This document shows positions 1 to 9,740 of a stretch of DNA of 64,000 bases, in pieces. Every line of letters starts with the position of its first letter. Positions within the stretch are counted from its first letter, which is position 1. Made by a program: the position numbers and the translations under genes. The notes under the pieces were generated by a model. That model did no database searches and was not told the DNA's origin. It saw only the letters and a list, made by a program, of their open reading frames with translations. This DNA comes from a virus, in IMG/VR virus record IMGVR_UViG_3300042934_001067, positions 32,001 to 96,000 of that record; one strand, written 5' to 3'.

Positions 1-50
1 AGGCGGGCCACTTCTGGGGAAGCCTCCACCTGCTTCTCTTCTACGCTTAC

Positions 51-848
51 TTGATCTTCGGCCTGCTCTGCGCCTCCATGATGTGCGCGGCGGCCTCCCG
101 CGAGCCCTCCTCCCACGGCGCCTTCAAGTACGGCATGCAGGTCCTGTCCCTCGGATGCATCGTCGGCTCGATGTACGGCTTCGTCCGCTCTGGCTACCTG
201 ATCGCCCGCCTCTTCAAGAAGCCCTTCCTCGGCGGCGAAGTCTTCGTGGACACCGCGTCCAACTTCTGCCTCGCCGGATGCATCCTCCTCGTCCTGGCAG
301 GCGCGAACGCACCGAAGTGGGAACGCATGGACCAGCGGGTGAGAGCCCACGGTGCCGTCAACGACCTCTGGCCCATGTGGAACCGGCTGACCACCGCCGT
401 CCCCTCGGTCATCTACGAGGACGCCGACGCAAAGCCCCGCCAGCGCACGCTCCCCGCACCCCTCGTCCCTCTGGCCGGGCGCCTGCACGACTTCTGGAAC
501 TGGAAGCGCCTCGACGTCCGCCTCAGCAGGCGGATCACCGAAATCTGCGACGTCTCCATGCACCTGAGCCCGTACGTCCCTCCGCACCTTTACGAGCGCG
601 TCGGGACAGTCGTCCAGGACCTCGGCCTGCCCCGGCACACGGTGCCCGCCTACCTCCTGCGGACCGCCATGAAGCGCAAGGCGGCCGGAGAGCCGCCGTT
701 CGCCGAGCGACCGGACGCGGCCATCCTCGTGGCCGACACGGAACTCCTCGGCACCACGGCGAAGTTCCTCCCCGTCGGCAAGGCCATGAGCGACAACGAC
801 CTGATGGACCGACTGGACCGCAGCATCAAGGCCGGAGTGAACGCGTGA
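51..848 (+). CDS. MAB_1171c-family membrane protein with C-terminal DUF6545-like domain (probably 5'-truncated by window edge)
   Basis: TM helices followed by LWPMW..LTTAVPSV...RLSRRITEICD pattern; frame is open towards the window start. Confidence 0.65.
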   Translation: MIFGLLCASMMCAAASREPSSHGAFKYGMQVLSLGCIVGSMYGFVRSGYLIARLFKKPFLGGEVFVDTASNFCLAGCILLVLAGANAPKWERMDQRVRAHGAVNDLWPMWNRLTTAVPSVIYEDADAKPRQRTLPAPLVPLAGRLHDFWNWKRLDVRLSRRITEICDVSMHLSPYVPPHLYERVGTVVQDLGLPRHTVPAYLLRTAMKRKAAGEPPFAERPDAAILVADTELLGTTAKFLPVGKAMSDNDLMDRLDRSIKAGVNA

Positions 849-1417
849 CCCGCATCAAGGCCGCACGACTCCTCACGGACCTCGTCGACCCCAAGAACGT
901 CATCATCGTCCTGTGCCTGCTCATAGGCGCGCACTACGGCTGGAGCGGCATCGGCTGGAGCACGGCCGCAATCTTCTTCTGCGCGGTCGTCCCGATCGTT
1001 TTCATCGTCCTCACCAGTGACACCCGGACCTTCGCCGACCGGCACGTCCCCGAGCGTGCCCGCCGGATGGTCGTCATCCCTGTCATCGTGCTGTCGGTGC
1101 TGACCTGCCTGACCCTCATGGTCGTCGGCGGCGCCCCGGCGCCGATCCTGTCCATGGTCGGCGCCATGCTGGCCACGCTGGCCGTCCTGTGGCCCGTCAC
1201 CAAGTACACCAAGATCAGCTTCCACACGGCCGTCCTCACCGGCGCCCTGGCTATGCTCGGACTGCTCTACGGCCCCTGGTGGATACTCTCCGCAGCCCTC
1301 GTGCCGCTGGTCGCCTGGTCCCGCGCCCAGCTCCAGGACCACACCCCGGTCCAGACCGTAGCCGGAGCAGTCCTCGGCGCCGTCGTCGCCGGACCCGTCT
1401 TCCTCCTCGGCCTGTAA
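845..1417 (+). CDS. PAP2-like integral membrane phosphoesterase
   Basis: GTGA overlap with upstream stop; about 6 TM helices; KISFH and WSR....HT..Q motifs. Confidence 0.7.
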   Translation: MTRIKAARLLTDLVDPKNVIIVLCLLIGAHYGWSGIGWSTAAIFFCAVVPIVFIVLTSDTRTFADRHVPERARRMVVIPVIVLSVLTCLTLMVVGGAPAPILSMVGAMLATLAVLWPVTKYTKISFHTAVLTGALAMLGLLYGPWWILSAALVPLVAWSRAQLQDHTPVQTVAGAVLGAVVAGPVFLLGL

Positions 1418-1421
1418 CGAC

Positions 1422-1448
1422 GCCGGGCCCCTCAAAAAGGGGCCCGGC
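1422..1448. terminator. Hairpin between convergent genes
   Basis: GCCGGGCCCCT-caaaa-AGGGGCCCGGC. Confidence 0.7.
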
Positions 1449-1449
1449 A

Positions 1450-1470
1450 CTTCAACAGTTCGATGCTTTT
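1450..1470 (-). repeat. 21-bp A-rich motif, copy 1
   Basis: AAAAGCATCGAACTGTTGAAG; matches 21626-21646 and 61816-61836. Confidence 0.7.
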
Positions 1471-1896
1471 TCAGACGACCAGCATACGCAGCGCCATCTG
1501 CATCTCGCCCGGCGTCAGCTCACCGCCCGCCGCGATCTTCTCCCGCAACTGCGCCTGCTCCCGCTCCTCGTCCGTCATCCCGTAGTACGGGTCCGGCCGG
1601 TGCTCGGCCAGCACCCGGCGCACCGCCGCCAGGTCGACCGACGACGGCGTGACGTAGAAGATGACCGGGTCCTGCGCGCTCACCGGCCCCGGCAGGCCGT
1701 CCTCGTCGATGGGAATGACAGCAGCCACCTGGACGGACGGACCGAGCGCCTCGGTCACCTCCACCTGCAGCTGGCCGACCGCGACCTCGCGGTTCCAGGT
1801 GAAACGGTGGCTGTCCCCCCGGAAGGGGTCCACCGGGTCGCCGCTGCCGTTCTCCTCCGGCGTCGGCTCCACGTCGTGCTTGTTCAGGCCAGCCAT
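1471..1896 (-). CDS. Hypothetical phage protein
   Basis: GGAGG SD, typical GC3 bias, overlaps upstream gene end. Confidence 0.75.
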   Translation of the reverse strand: MAGLNKHDVEPTPEENGSGDPVDPFRGDSHRFTWNREVAVGQLQVEVTEALGPSVQVAAVIPIDEDGLPGPVSAQDPVIFYVTPSSVDLAAVRRVLAEHRPDPYYGMTDEEREQAQLREKIAAGGELTPGEMQMALRMLVV

Positions 1897-4004
1897 GTGA
1901 TGTCGTCCTCCTGCCCTGCCAGAACCTGCTCCAGGTCGGCGTAGTGAGTCCCCTTGATGTCCAGACGGTCCAGGTTGGCCGCCCGCACCCCCTCACCCTC
2001 ATTGATCAGCGCCTGCTGCTCCGCGAGGGTGAAGTCCTTCAGCGCCTGCCTGCGCAGGCCCGCCGTCATGTACGTCGGCGACAGATCCGCGTCCGCCGAC
2101 GGCACCTGCACCCCGTCCGTGGACGGCAAGGCGGCCTCCGGCTCGTCGTGCAGCAGCGCCTCCGTCCCGCCGGGCTCGAACAGCGAGTGCTCCGCCGCTG
2201 CCGTGTACGACTGCAGCGGCAGCTGCCGGTTCCAGCCCACCGGGTCGGCGCCCGCGAGGGGCCCGGCCGACGCGGGGTTCTCCCACGGCCGCTTCGGCGA
2301 CGTCGACCCCGGCGCCTTCGGCAGCTGGTACGAGGTCCCCGACGGCTCACCGAACGGCGCGTTGGCGTTCGCGGTGTGCTGCAGCGGCTTCTCGAAGTCG
2401 TGCCGCGTCCACTCGTGCTTGTGCGGCTCTTTCCACGACACACCGGCGATGTGCACCGGCTCACCCTCGGAGACCGGCACCTCCGCGTCTTCGTGGTGGT
2501 CGTAGCCGATGACCTCACGGTCGCGCAGGGTGTCGTCGTCGGTTTCGATCGACGCCCGGTCTGGGGTCTTGGCGTGCAGGATCACGTGCGTACCCGTGCG
2601 ACCCGAATCGCTGCTCGTGGGCGTGGGGTGGGAGATGTGTGCGTAGTGGTTGGCCTGCTCCGGGCTGCCCGACCAGTGCATGCCGAGGCCCCTGTCGCCG
2701 CCGGTGACCTCCTTTACCAGGGCGTGCGCACGCTCGGCCGTCGGCTTGGCGGGGTCGTGGACGTGGGAGTGGACATCGTCCGGCAGCGCAACGTTCATAC
2801 CCCGGTGCACGCCGTTGAGGTGCGGGTAGACGCGGTCCCAGTCCGTGCGGTGGGTGTCGTCCTCTTCCTCGTCGTCCCCCAAGGAGTCCCAGGATGCGTT
2901 GACCGTGCGGAGCGCCAGCACGACCTCGGCGCGGTCCTCACCGGCGGCCACGGCCGCGCGAGCGACGATGGAGAGCGGGGAGCTGGGGCTGGTCTGTCGA
3001 GCGGCGGCGGTCGCCGGTGCGAGCCGGTGCTGGTCGGCGTCGATGTCGTAGCGGACGACGACCTTGCGCGGCACCCAGGAGGGCTTGTGCTCGTCCACGT
3101 GGACGTCGCGGCCGAACATGCCCCGGGACTGGGCCTCGTACTGCAGGGCCAGCGCGTGTGAGCACATGCGCCCGGCGAACCGGCTGAAGTCGTCGCTGGC
3201 GCCCCAGTGGTAGGCGCCCCACTTGCAGCCGCAGGACCAGGCGTGTGCGGCCATCTTGCCGGGCATGCGCTGCAGACCGGTCTCGTAGACCTCGTGGTCG
3301 CCCTTGACCTCGGCGTAGACCAGGCCGTCGGAGGCCATGGTGACGCGCAGGCGGCCCTCGGTGCGGATCCGCTTCGCCTTGGCGACGACGTCGCGCCAGG
3401 CGGCCGTGACGTGGAAGCGGAAGTCAGCGTTGGTCGCGGCCGTCACGACCAGGTCGGAGAACAGCTTCGAGGCGTTCTTGGCCCACGGCGGCGCGTCGTC
3501 GTCGCTGTCCGAGTCGTCGTCGCTGTCGTCGGAGTCTGTGGAGTCGTCCCCGTCGTCATGAGAGTCGTCGTCCTCGTCATGCGAGTCGTCAGGGGCGTCG
3601 TCTTGCGAGTCGTCCTCGTCGTCGTTGTCGGCGAAGGGGTTGTCCTTCTTCGCCGCGAACACCTGCTGCATCGCCGGGTCGGGCCGGTCGACGAGGACCT
3701 GGGCCAGCTCGGGGTAGTCGGCCGCCGCCGTCTGCTCCATGGCCTCGGTGGTGATCGGCGCCGGGCGGAGCTGGGACGCCGTGTACCGGCCGCCGCCCAT
3801 GCCCCGGTCCAGGACGACGTGGTACTCCTCGGAGCCCGGGAAGGGGCCGTCCTCGACGTGGCTGACCACGCCGGGCAGGCCGTCCGTGGTGTGCACACGC
3901 TGCTCGGGCTTGTACTCCCAGTAGTCCTCGGAGCGCACGGCCAGCTTCTGCGCGCCCAGTGTCTGGTGCTCCAGGCGCTCGACGCGCTCAAACCTGCCGC
4001 TCAC
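1884..4004 (-). CDS. Multidomain phage protein: acidic linker, SWIM zinc finger, possible ADP-ribosyltransferase-like domain
   Basis: WSCGC...MCSHALAL SWIM; HRG...GMHWS.S..A..YA...EDAEV ART-like pattern; GTG start at 4004 with GGGAGG SD. Confidence 0.7.
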   Translation of the reverse strand: MSGRFERVERLEHQTLGAQKLAVRSEDYWEYKPEQRVHTTDGLPGVVSHVEDGPFPGSEEYHVVLDRGMGGGRYTASQLRPAPITTEAMEQTAAADYPELAQVLVDRPDPAMQQVFAAKKDNPFADNDDEDDSQDDAPDDSHDEDDDSHDDGDDSTDSDDSDDDSDSDDDAPPWAKNASKLFSDLVVTAATNADFRFHVTAAWRDVVAKAKRIRTEGRLRVTMASDGLVYAEVKGDHEVYETGLQRMPGKMAAHAWSCGCKWGAYHWGASDDFSRFAGRMCSHALALQYEAQSRGMFGRDVHVDEHKPSWVPRKVVVRYDIDADQHRLAPATAAARQTSPSSPLSIVARAAVAAGEDRAEVVLALRTVNASWDSLGDDEEEDDTHRTDWDRVYPHLNGVHRGMNVALPDDVHSHVHDPAKPTAERAHALVKEVTGGDRGLGMHWSGSPEQANHYAHISHPTPTSSDSGRTGTHVILHAKTPDRASIETDDDTLRDREVIGYDHHEDAEVPVSEGEPVHIAGVSWKEPHKHEWTRHDFEKPLQHTANANAPFGEPSGTSYQLPKAPGSTSPKRPWENPASAGPLAGADPVGWNRQLPLQSYTAAAEHSLFEPGGTEALLHDEPEAALPSTDGVQVPSADADLSPTYMTAGLRRQALKDFTLAEQQALINEGEGVRAANLDRLDIKGTHYADLEQVLAGQEDDITWLA

Positions 4005-4032
4005 CGGCGCCTCCCTCAACGACCGTGCCTTC

Positions 4033-4067
4033 TCAGCCCTTGGGGGTGACCGCCGGTGCGGCGACAG
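4033..4067 (-). promoter_or_regulatory. Bipartite late-promoter-like motif
   Basis: CTGTC-N19-CCAAGGGCTGA. Confidence 0.6.
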
Positions 4068-4075
4068 CAAGGGGG

Positions 4076-4372
4076 TCAGCGGGAGGCGAGGAAGATGGAC
4101 GCCACGGCGACGATCAGGGCGAGGGTCGGGATGATGCCCTTGTAGATGAACTCGCGCAGACCCTGGGCCCGGGAGGAACGATCCTCCCGGGCTGCGCGGC
4201 CCAGTTCGTCCAGCTTCTCCTCGGCCGTACGGATCCGGGCCTCCAGGAGACGCTTCTCCGCGTCGAACTGGTCCTTGGTGACGTAGCTGTCGAGGCGGCT
4301 CTTCACGTCGGTGAGTTCGCGCTCAATCAGGCGCCACAGCTGCCCGACGTTCTCGGGGCTCTCACTGGCCAT
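4076..4372 (-). CDS. Holin-like membrane protein (coiled coil plus C-terminal TM helix)
   Basis: Directly downstream of endolysin; single C-terminal TM helix. Confidence 0.55.
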   Translation of the reverse strand: MASESPENVGQLWRLIERELTDVKSRLDSYVTKDQFDAEKRLLEARIRTAEEKLDELGRAAREDRSSRAQGLREFIYKGIIPTLALIVAVASIFLASR

Positions 4373-4400
4373 GCGCGTAACTCCTAGGTGGGGGTGGTCT

Positions 4401-4436
4401 TCACCCCTTGGCGGTGGCCGCGCACATGCCAGACAG
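4401..4436 (-). promoter_or_regulatory. Bipartite late-promoter-like motif
   Basis: CTGTC-N20-CCAAGGGGTGA. Confidence 0.65.
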
Positions 4437-4439
4437 GGC

Positions 4440-4476
4440 GAGGGCCCGGATCGTGGAGATCACAATCCGGGCCCTC
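4440..4476 (-). terminator. Terminator hairpin after endolysin
   Basis: GAGGGCCCGGAT...ATCCGGGCCCTC. Confidence 0.7.
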
Positions 4477-4486
4477 ACTGAGGGTG

Positions 4487-5596
4487 CTACTTCTTGCGCA
4501 GACCGTTGGCGACCTCGAAGGCGTACTGCCAGGTCTTCGGGCCGGTGAGGCCGTCGGCCGGGCCGAGCGCCGAGAGGTAGTGCTTCTGCAGGGCCTTGAC
4601 CTTGTCGAGGTCCTTCTGCGTCATGGTGTTGGACGGGCCGACGGTGTACTTCGGGCCCCAGTCGCCCTCGTCGAGCCAGGTCTGCAGCTGGCGGGCGTGG
4701 GTGTTCTTCGCACCGAGCTTGAAGTACTGGCGGCCGGGGAACGCCGGGCACTTCGGCTTGGCCTTGGAGGGGAGCGAGCCCAGCAGGTTCTTCAGGCTAC
4801 CCTCGCCGGGCACGCCGTCGGCGGCCTTGCCGGTGTGGCCGAGGCTCTTCTGGTAGTCGGCGTAGTTCAGGGTGTCGGCGTCGGACCACTCGGGGCCGGG
4901 GCCCTCCTGGTAGTGCTTGCCGAAGCCGCGCTTGACGAGGGCCTTGCCGACGGCCGTGACGTGCGCGCCCTCGGCGCCGTAGCCGTACTCCAGGCCGCTG
5001 ATGGTGACCCGGTAACGGGCGGGCGTGGACGGCTTGCCGCCGTCGGTGGACGGCTTGTCCGTCGAGGGCTTCTCGGCGTCCTTGCCCGGCTCCTTCCAGC
5101 CCGGGTCGGCGGAGTCCATGGCGTGGTCGTACTTCGGGTAGCCGTAGCCGTACACGTACGAGTTGTCCCGGCGGTACGACTTCTCGTACACCCCGTCGCC
5201 CTCGGCCGACCCGGAGGTGTTCGTGTTGCCCTCGATTGTCCATATGTGAGTGGAGTTGTACCGGGTGACGAGGCCGGTGTGCGAGCCGCCGTTCTTCCCG
5301 AAGAAGACCTGCGCGCCGACGGCCGGGTACCAGGAGAACCGGCCCCACTGGCGGTAGGTGTTGACGGCGTTGATGCAGCTCGCCGTGACGGGGACGCGCT
5401 TGCGGTCGCCGTTCTTGTGGAAGCCCCAGACGACGAAGGTGCAGCACCACGCCATCCAGTCCGACCACTCCAGGGTCGGCGTCTCGTCGCTGTACTTCTG
5501 GTCGTTGTTCCAGTGGCCGCCTGACCGGCCCTCGTGGTAGCCCTTCTCACCGACGAGCGTCGCTATGACCTTGCTCGCCTTGACCTCGACAGGCAT
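4487..5596 (-). CDS. Endolysin: CHAP amidase domain plus two peptidoglycan-binding domains
   Basis: AWCCTFV.W, HTGLV, TIEGNT CHAP motifs; ADGVPG and ADGLTGPKTW PG-binding motifs. Confidence 0.9.
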   Translation of the reverse strand: MPVEVKASKVIATLVGEKGYHEGRSGGHWNNDQKYSDETPTLEWSDWMAWCCTFVVWGFHKNGDRKRVPVTASCINAVNTYRQWGRFSWYPAVGAQVFFGKNGGSHTGLVTRYNSTHIWTIEGNTNTSGSAEGDGVYEKSYRRDNSYVYGYGYPKYDHAMDSADPGWKEPGKDAEKPSTDKPSTDGGKPSTPARYRVTISGLEYGYGAEGAHVTAVGKALVKRGFGKHYQEGPGPEWSDADTLNYADYQKSLGHTGKAADGVPGEGSLKNLLGSLPSKAKPKCPAFPGRQYFKLGAKNTHARQLQTWLDEGDWGPKYTVGPSNTMTQKDLDKVKALQKHYLSALGPADGLTGPKTWQYAFEVANGLRKK

Positions 5597-5622
5597 CTGG
5601 CCCTCCCCAGGGATCGGTTTTC

Positions 5623-5658
5623 TCACCCCTTGGGGAGGGCCCAGACGCTGTGCAACAG
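5623..5658 (-). promoter_or_regulatory. Bipartite late-promoter-like motif
   Basis: CTGTT-N20-CCAAGGGGTGA. Confidence 0.6.
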
Positions 5659-5664
5659 GAGAGG

Positions 5665-7506
5665 TCAGGCCGCCAGCTGGGTGACCGGGGCATACGCGCG
5701 CACCGGCGCCGTGGTGTCGCCGGTCGCCACCATCACGTTGGTCCCCACGCTCAGCGCGCCGCCGCCGTCGTCGTTGATGCCCGCCTGTGCGGCGTGCAGG
5801 TAGCAGTCGCCGATCTGGACCACGGAGGCCCCGGCGACGGAGACCCCGTACTGCGGAGAAGAGACACCAACGCCGTCGTCGTCCACGCCCGGGTAGCAGC
5901 TGACGGCAGAGGCGATGACGGGCATGGTGGCGCCCGCGACGGCCAAGCCCGCGTAGCCGCCGCCGCCGGAGCCACCGTTGCGGCCGTCACGGCGCGTCAT
6001 GAGGTTGGTGATGGTGATCGGCGCGTTGCCGGTGGCGTCGATGAGGACGCCGTGGCCGCCGTTGCGGTCGGTCGAACAGGCCGCCATCTGCAGGCCGCCG
6101 GAGCCGGTGCCGTTGCCCCAGGCGCCCGTCAGGGTGTAGCCGTGGCTGCCGTTCCACTCGGACCGGCAGGCCACGATCTGGCTGTTGGCGATGTTGCTGA
6201 GGACGTAACCCTGCCCCCAGCAGCCGATGACCTGGCAGTCGAGCATCGTCAGGTCCGTCATCCGGGTCAGCAGCGCGCCGTTGGCCCGGCAGTTGTCGAT
6301 CATGACGTTGGTCATGCGCCACGAGTACGGGAAGACGTTGTCCCGGCCGCCGGTGACGATGCCGTTGTTCGACATGCGGCGGATCGTCACGTCGGACATC
6401 CGGACGTTCTGAATGTTGCCCTCGGCGTAGATCCCGTCGACCGGCTTGGTGCCGTCCAGCACAGAGCCGTCCAGCATCAGGCTCTCGATACGGTGCTCGG
6501 CGGACAGCGCCGGGTAGCCCCCGGTCACCTGGTCCCGCAGGATCATCAGCGCGTTGCCCGTGAAGGACGGCAGCGGCACGATGCGGCACTGAGGGTCGGT
6601 CAGGTCCTCCGCGCTCATCATGTCCGCGCGAGGCCCGCGCACCGTGATCCCCGGCTTGGGCGTGATGGTGGCGGAGACGGCGTACACGCCCTCGGGGAGG
6701 TACACCGTGCCGCCGACCGGGCACGCCTCGATCGCCTCGGTGATGGCGAAGTAGTCGTCCGTGACGCCGTCCGCCTTCGCCCCGTACAGGGGGTCCTGGA
6801 CGTTGAGCCAGCCGAACACGGACTGGCTGAGCTGGCCCACGGTCGCTGCGTCCGTCGGCTGCACGCCCGGGGCGAGGTTGACGAAGCGCTGGGCGCCTGC
6901 GTCCACAGCGGCCGTCGGCTTGAACAGCTGATGCAGCGCGGGCATGGCGTGCACGTGCCGGGCGTCGGCCGCCTTGCCGCTGGCACCGGCCGCCCGGGTG
7001 CCCAGCGCCTGGATGTCCGTGTCATCGCCGCTGATCGGCGTGGTGCCCCCACCGCCACCCGAGCCGATGTCGGCAGGCAGATGCTCGTAGGGGACACGGC
7101 CGGAGCCGTCCAGGCCCGCGTAGCCGTTGGGCAGGTTCCGCTGATTGACCGGCTGGAAGAACACGCCGGGCGCGACCGCCTCGGCCAGCCGGGGCACGGT
7201 GGCCAGATCGACCGGACCGGCATCGAAGGGCACCGCGATGAAGTACGTCTCGGTCGCCAGGCCCGACAGGGTCTCCGTCACCTCGTACGTGCCGCCTCCC
7301 ACGGGCAGCGTGTCCGGGTCGTTGGTGGCGGGGACGGTCAGCGAGATCGCCCCTTGGGCGTCCAGCGTCGCGGTGTACGGCTTGCGGTCGGCCGTCTCGC
7401 CGCCGTTGAACAGCACACCGACGAGCTGCAGACGGACCGTCCCGGTACGGGGCAGGTCCGCGTCGTCGAGGTAGGTCCGCGTGACCGGGACCAGGGTGAA
7501 CGTCAT
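5665..7506 (-). CDS. Right-handed parallel beta-helix protein (pectate-lyase-3-like; tailspike or virion depolymerase candidate)
   Basis: NV.D..YGAKADGVTDD..AI..AI...GGTVYLPEGVY followed by beta-helix repeats. Confidence 0.85.
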   Translation of the reverse strand: MTFTLVPVTRTYLDDADLPRTGTVRLQLVGVLFNGGETADRKPYTATLDAQGAISLTVPATNDPDTLPVGGGTYEVTETLSGLATETYFIAVPFDAGPVDLATVPRLAEAVAPGVFFQPVNQRNLPNGYAGLDGSGRVPYEHLPADIGSGGGGGTTPISGDDTDIQALGTRAAGASGKAADARHVHAMPALHQLFKPTAAVDAGAQRFVNLAPGVQPTDAATVGQLSQSVFGWLNVQDPLYGAKADGVTDDYFAITEAIEACPVGGTVYLPEGVYAVSATITPKPGITVRGPRADMMSAEDLTDPQCRIVPLPSFTGNALMILRDQVTGGYPALSAEHRIESLMLDGSVLDGTKPVDGIYAEGNIQNVRMSDVTIRRMSNNGIVTGGRDNVFPYSWRMTNVMIDNCRANGALLTRMTDLTMLDCQVIGCWGQGYVLSNIANSQIVACRSEWNGSHGYTLTGAWGNGTGSGGLQMAACSTDRNGGHGVLIDATGNAPITITNLMTRRDGRNGGSGGGGYAGLAVAGATMPVIASAVSCYPGVDDDGVGVSSPQYGVSVAGASVVQIGDCYLHAAQAGINDDGGGALSVGTNVMVATGDTTAPVRAYAPVTQLAA

Positions 7507-9662
7507 ACCTGCAGCTCCTCGTTGATCGTGTCCTCCTTGAGGTGACGGCGCATGCCGAGGTGACGCGGCCCCTGGTAGAGGCCGACGGCCTCCTTGCGCT
7601 GGATCGCCACCGGGATCTCCTCGACGTCGGTCGCGGCAGGCACCAGGACCTTCGGCTTGTGCACGTTGGCCAGCGACCGGATCCGCTCGTGGTTCTGGAA
7701 CAGCTGCGTCGGCTCGTTCGGCGCGGGCCGCTGGGCGTACGGCGACAGCGAGGACTGCTTGGGCATGTCCCCGCGCTGCTCGTCGGACTCCGGCGGCCGG
7801 GAGCCCTGGTCGGCGTCGACCGGCTCCGGCACGCTGCCCGGCTCGACGACACCGCCGTCGGCCGGGGTGGTCTGCAGGTCCTGCATCGTCGGCGCGATCG
7901 TCGGCTGAGAGGTGACCGGGTCCATGCCCAGCAGCGGAATCCGCAGCGGCGCGGTCGGCACCTGGTTCGGGTCCTGGGCCTCCGGCAGCGCGCGCGCCTC
8001 GAAGTCCTTCTTCAGGTCGTCCGGGATCGGCAGGCCCTTGTCCCTGAGGGCGACGTAGATGGCCTTGCGTGTCTCCTGCTCCTGGACCGCCAGTTCGACG
8101 GCCTCCTCGCGCGACTTCTCGATCTCGTCGTCGAAGTCGATCGACACGTTGTGCAGCCGCGTCTTCATCGAGATCGGCACCCCGGCCTCGCGCAGCGCCT
8201 CGAAGAACTCGTTCTGCGCGGCCTCGTCCTGCAGCGACATGGTCCGGAACTTCAGGTCCGGAATGAGCAGCTTGGGCTGCTCGACGATCCGGCCCTCGCC
8301 CGACTCTTCGTCGATCTCGTAGACCTCCTCCATCTTCACGTACCGCTTGCCGCCGCGCTCCTCGTAGTCGAAGTGCTCCTGCGCCTCGGCGACGACCAGC
8401 GCCCGCTCCCGGTAGTGGGCGGCCACCATGTCCTGGTAGTTCGTCAGCATCTGCGTGACCAGGTCGCGGTTGAGGGCGTCGGCCGCGTACGTCTCACCCG
8501 AGGACGCACCGGCGAGCATCGTCTTGGACAGGCCGAACGTCTGCAGGACCCGGCCCTCGATCCGTTCGAAGTCGGGGCTGAGGTCGGGGATGTCCTCCTT
8601 GCCCAGCACGGACTCCATCTCGACCGCGAAGTGCGTCATGATGATCCGGAAGTCACCCGCGAGGGCCGCGTCCACCGCCTCCTCGAAGTCCGCGAGGTCG
8701 TCCAGCGTCGGAATCCACGGCACCTGCGTGCCCAGGTCCGACGCCGACGCGCCGAGCTTGGCGTGGATCAGCGGCGTGTACAGGCGGTCCGCAATCGAGT
8801 CGACGGCCGCATTCAACATTTCTTCCTGCATGAGCGAACGCATCGCCCTATACAGGAGCGGAACGCCCCGCTTGTTGAATGTGTCGGCCTCGAATTTCAT
8901 CTGCCGCAACAGAATGTTCGACACCGGCATCAGCGCATTGTCGTCGGCGTAATACGTCAGCTCCGGGTACGCCTCGACGAGCTTCTCGTACTCCCAGGCG
9001 GGCTGCCGGGTGCGGATCAGCTCCCGCATCGTCTGCGGCAGCCGGATCAGGAACCGGGGCTCGCGCAGGAACGGCGACGGCTGCACCTCGACGTCGTCGG
9101 GATTCAGCAGCTCCTCGTCGTCCCATACGCCCAGGTCCTCGTTGAACGTGCCCAGTGGCCACGCCTCGCCGACCGTCCAGTACTCCCGGCCCAGGTCGAT
9201 GAGGAACTTCCGGTAGTCCAGGCCGTCCTTCGAGAGGAAATGGTCGGTGTAGAACTCCGTGAGCCGCTCGTCCTTGCATGACATCTTGAGCCCGAGCAGC
9301 GGGTATTTCGAGTAAATGTCGACGCATGATCCGACGATCGGATGGCTGATGTACAGCAGGCGGCAGTACGCCCGCATCTTCGCCATCTGCGCCGGGTCGT
9401 CGAACTGAAACGGGAGATTGTTCTGCCTCCAATAAAAAAGCGGATCCCGGGGCCGCACCGTCGCGAACGACACCGACGGATTCGAGCCCACCCCGCCCCC
9501 GCCACCGGCCGCCACCTTCCGGGTGACCCGGCGGTTCTTCCGCATCTCGGACTCCTCGCCCGACTCCCCGGGGCTGGAGGAGAAGCGCCGGAACAACCGG
9601 TCGATCCGGGACTGCTCGGCGTCGAAGTTCTTCGGCTGCTCCGGGCGGGGCTTCTGGGCCAT
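7503..9662 (-). CDS. Phage portal protein
   Basis: 719 aa; RDPLFYWRQNNLP...CRLLY..HP.V.SC.DIYSKYP, LLNPDDVEV, RG.PLL.R patterns recalled from large actinophage portals. Confidence 0.75.
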   Translation of the reverse strand: MAQKPRPEQPKNFDAEQSRIDRLFRRFSSSPGESGEESEMRKNRRVTRKVAAGGGGGVGSNPSVSFATVRPRDPLFYWRQNNLPFQFDDPAQMAKMRAYCRLLYISHPIVGSCVDIYSKYPLLGLKMSCKDERLTEFYTDHFLSKDGLDYRKFLIDLGREYWTVGEAWPLGTFNEDLGVWDDEELLNPDDVEVQPSPFLREPRFLIRLPQTMRELIRTRQPAWEYEKLVEAYPELTYYADDNALMPVSNILLRQMKFEADTFNKRGVPLLYRAMRSLMQEEMLNAAVDSIADRLYTPLIHAKLGASASDLGTQVPWIPTLDDLADFEEAVDAALAGDFRIIMTHFAVEMESVLGKEDIPDLSPDFERIEGRVLQTFGLSKTMLAGASSGETYAADALNRDLVTQMLTNYQDMVAAHYRERALVVAEAQEHFDYEERGGKRYVKMEEVYEIDEESGEGRIVEQPKLLIPDLKFRTMSLQDEAAQNEFFEALREAGVPISMKTRLHNVSIDFDDEIEKSREEAVELAVQEQETRKAIYVALRDKGLPIPDDLKKDFEARALPEAQDPNQVPTAPLRIPLLGMDPVTSQPTIAPTMQDLQTTPADGGVVEPGSVPEPVDADQGSRPPESDEQRGDMPKQSSLSPYAQRPAPNEPTQLFQNHERIRSLANVHKPKVLVPAATDVEEIPVAIQRKEAVGLYQGPRHLGMRRHLKEDTINEELQV

Positions 9663-9680
9663 GGATCCTCCTGTGGTGGC

Positions 9681-9715
9681 TCACCCCTTGGGCCCGGGGA
9701 AGCCGCCACAGACAG
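9681..9715 (-). promoter_or_regulatory. Bipartite late-promoter-like motif
   Basis: CTGTC-N19-CCAAGGGGTGA. Confidence 0.65.
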
Positions 9716-9740
9716 GGCGCGGACGTGGAACGATGCGCCC

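Noticed and set aside
1422-1470. Left prophage boundary (attL)
   Set aside because: Convergent junction only; no matching att core seen, and the genes at 1-1417 could be element cargo.
3490-3630. GAC/TCG-rich tract as a tandem repeat array
   Set aside because: Encodes an Asp/Ser-rich linker within the SWIM protein.
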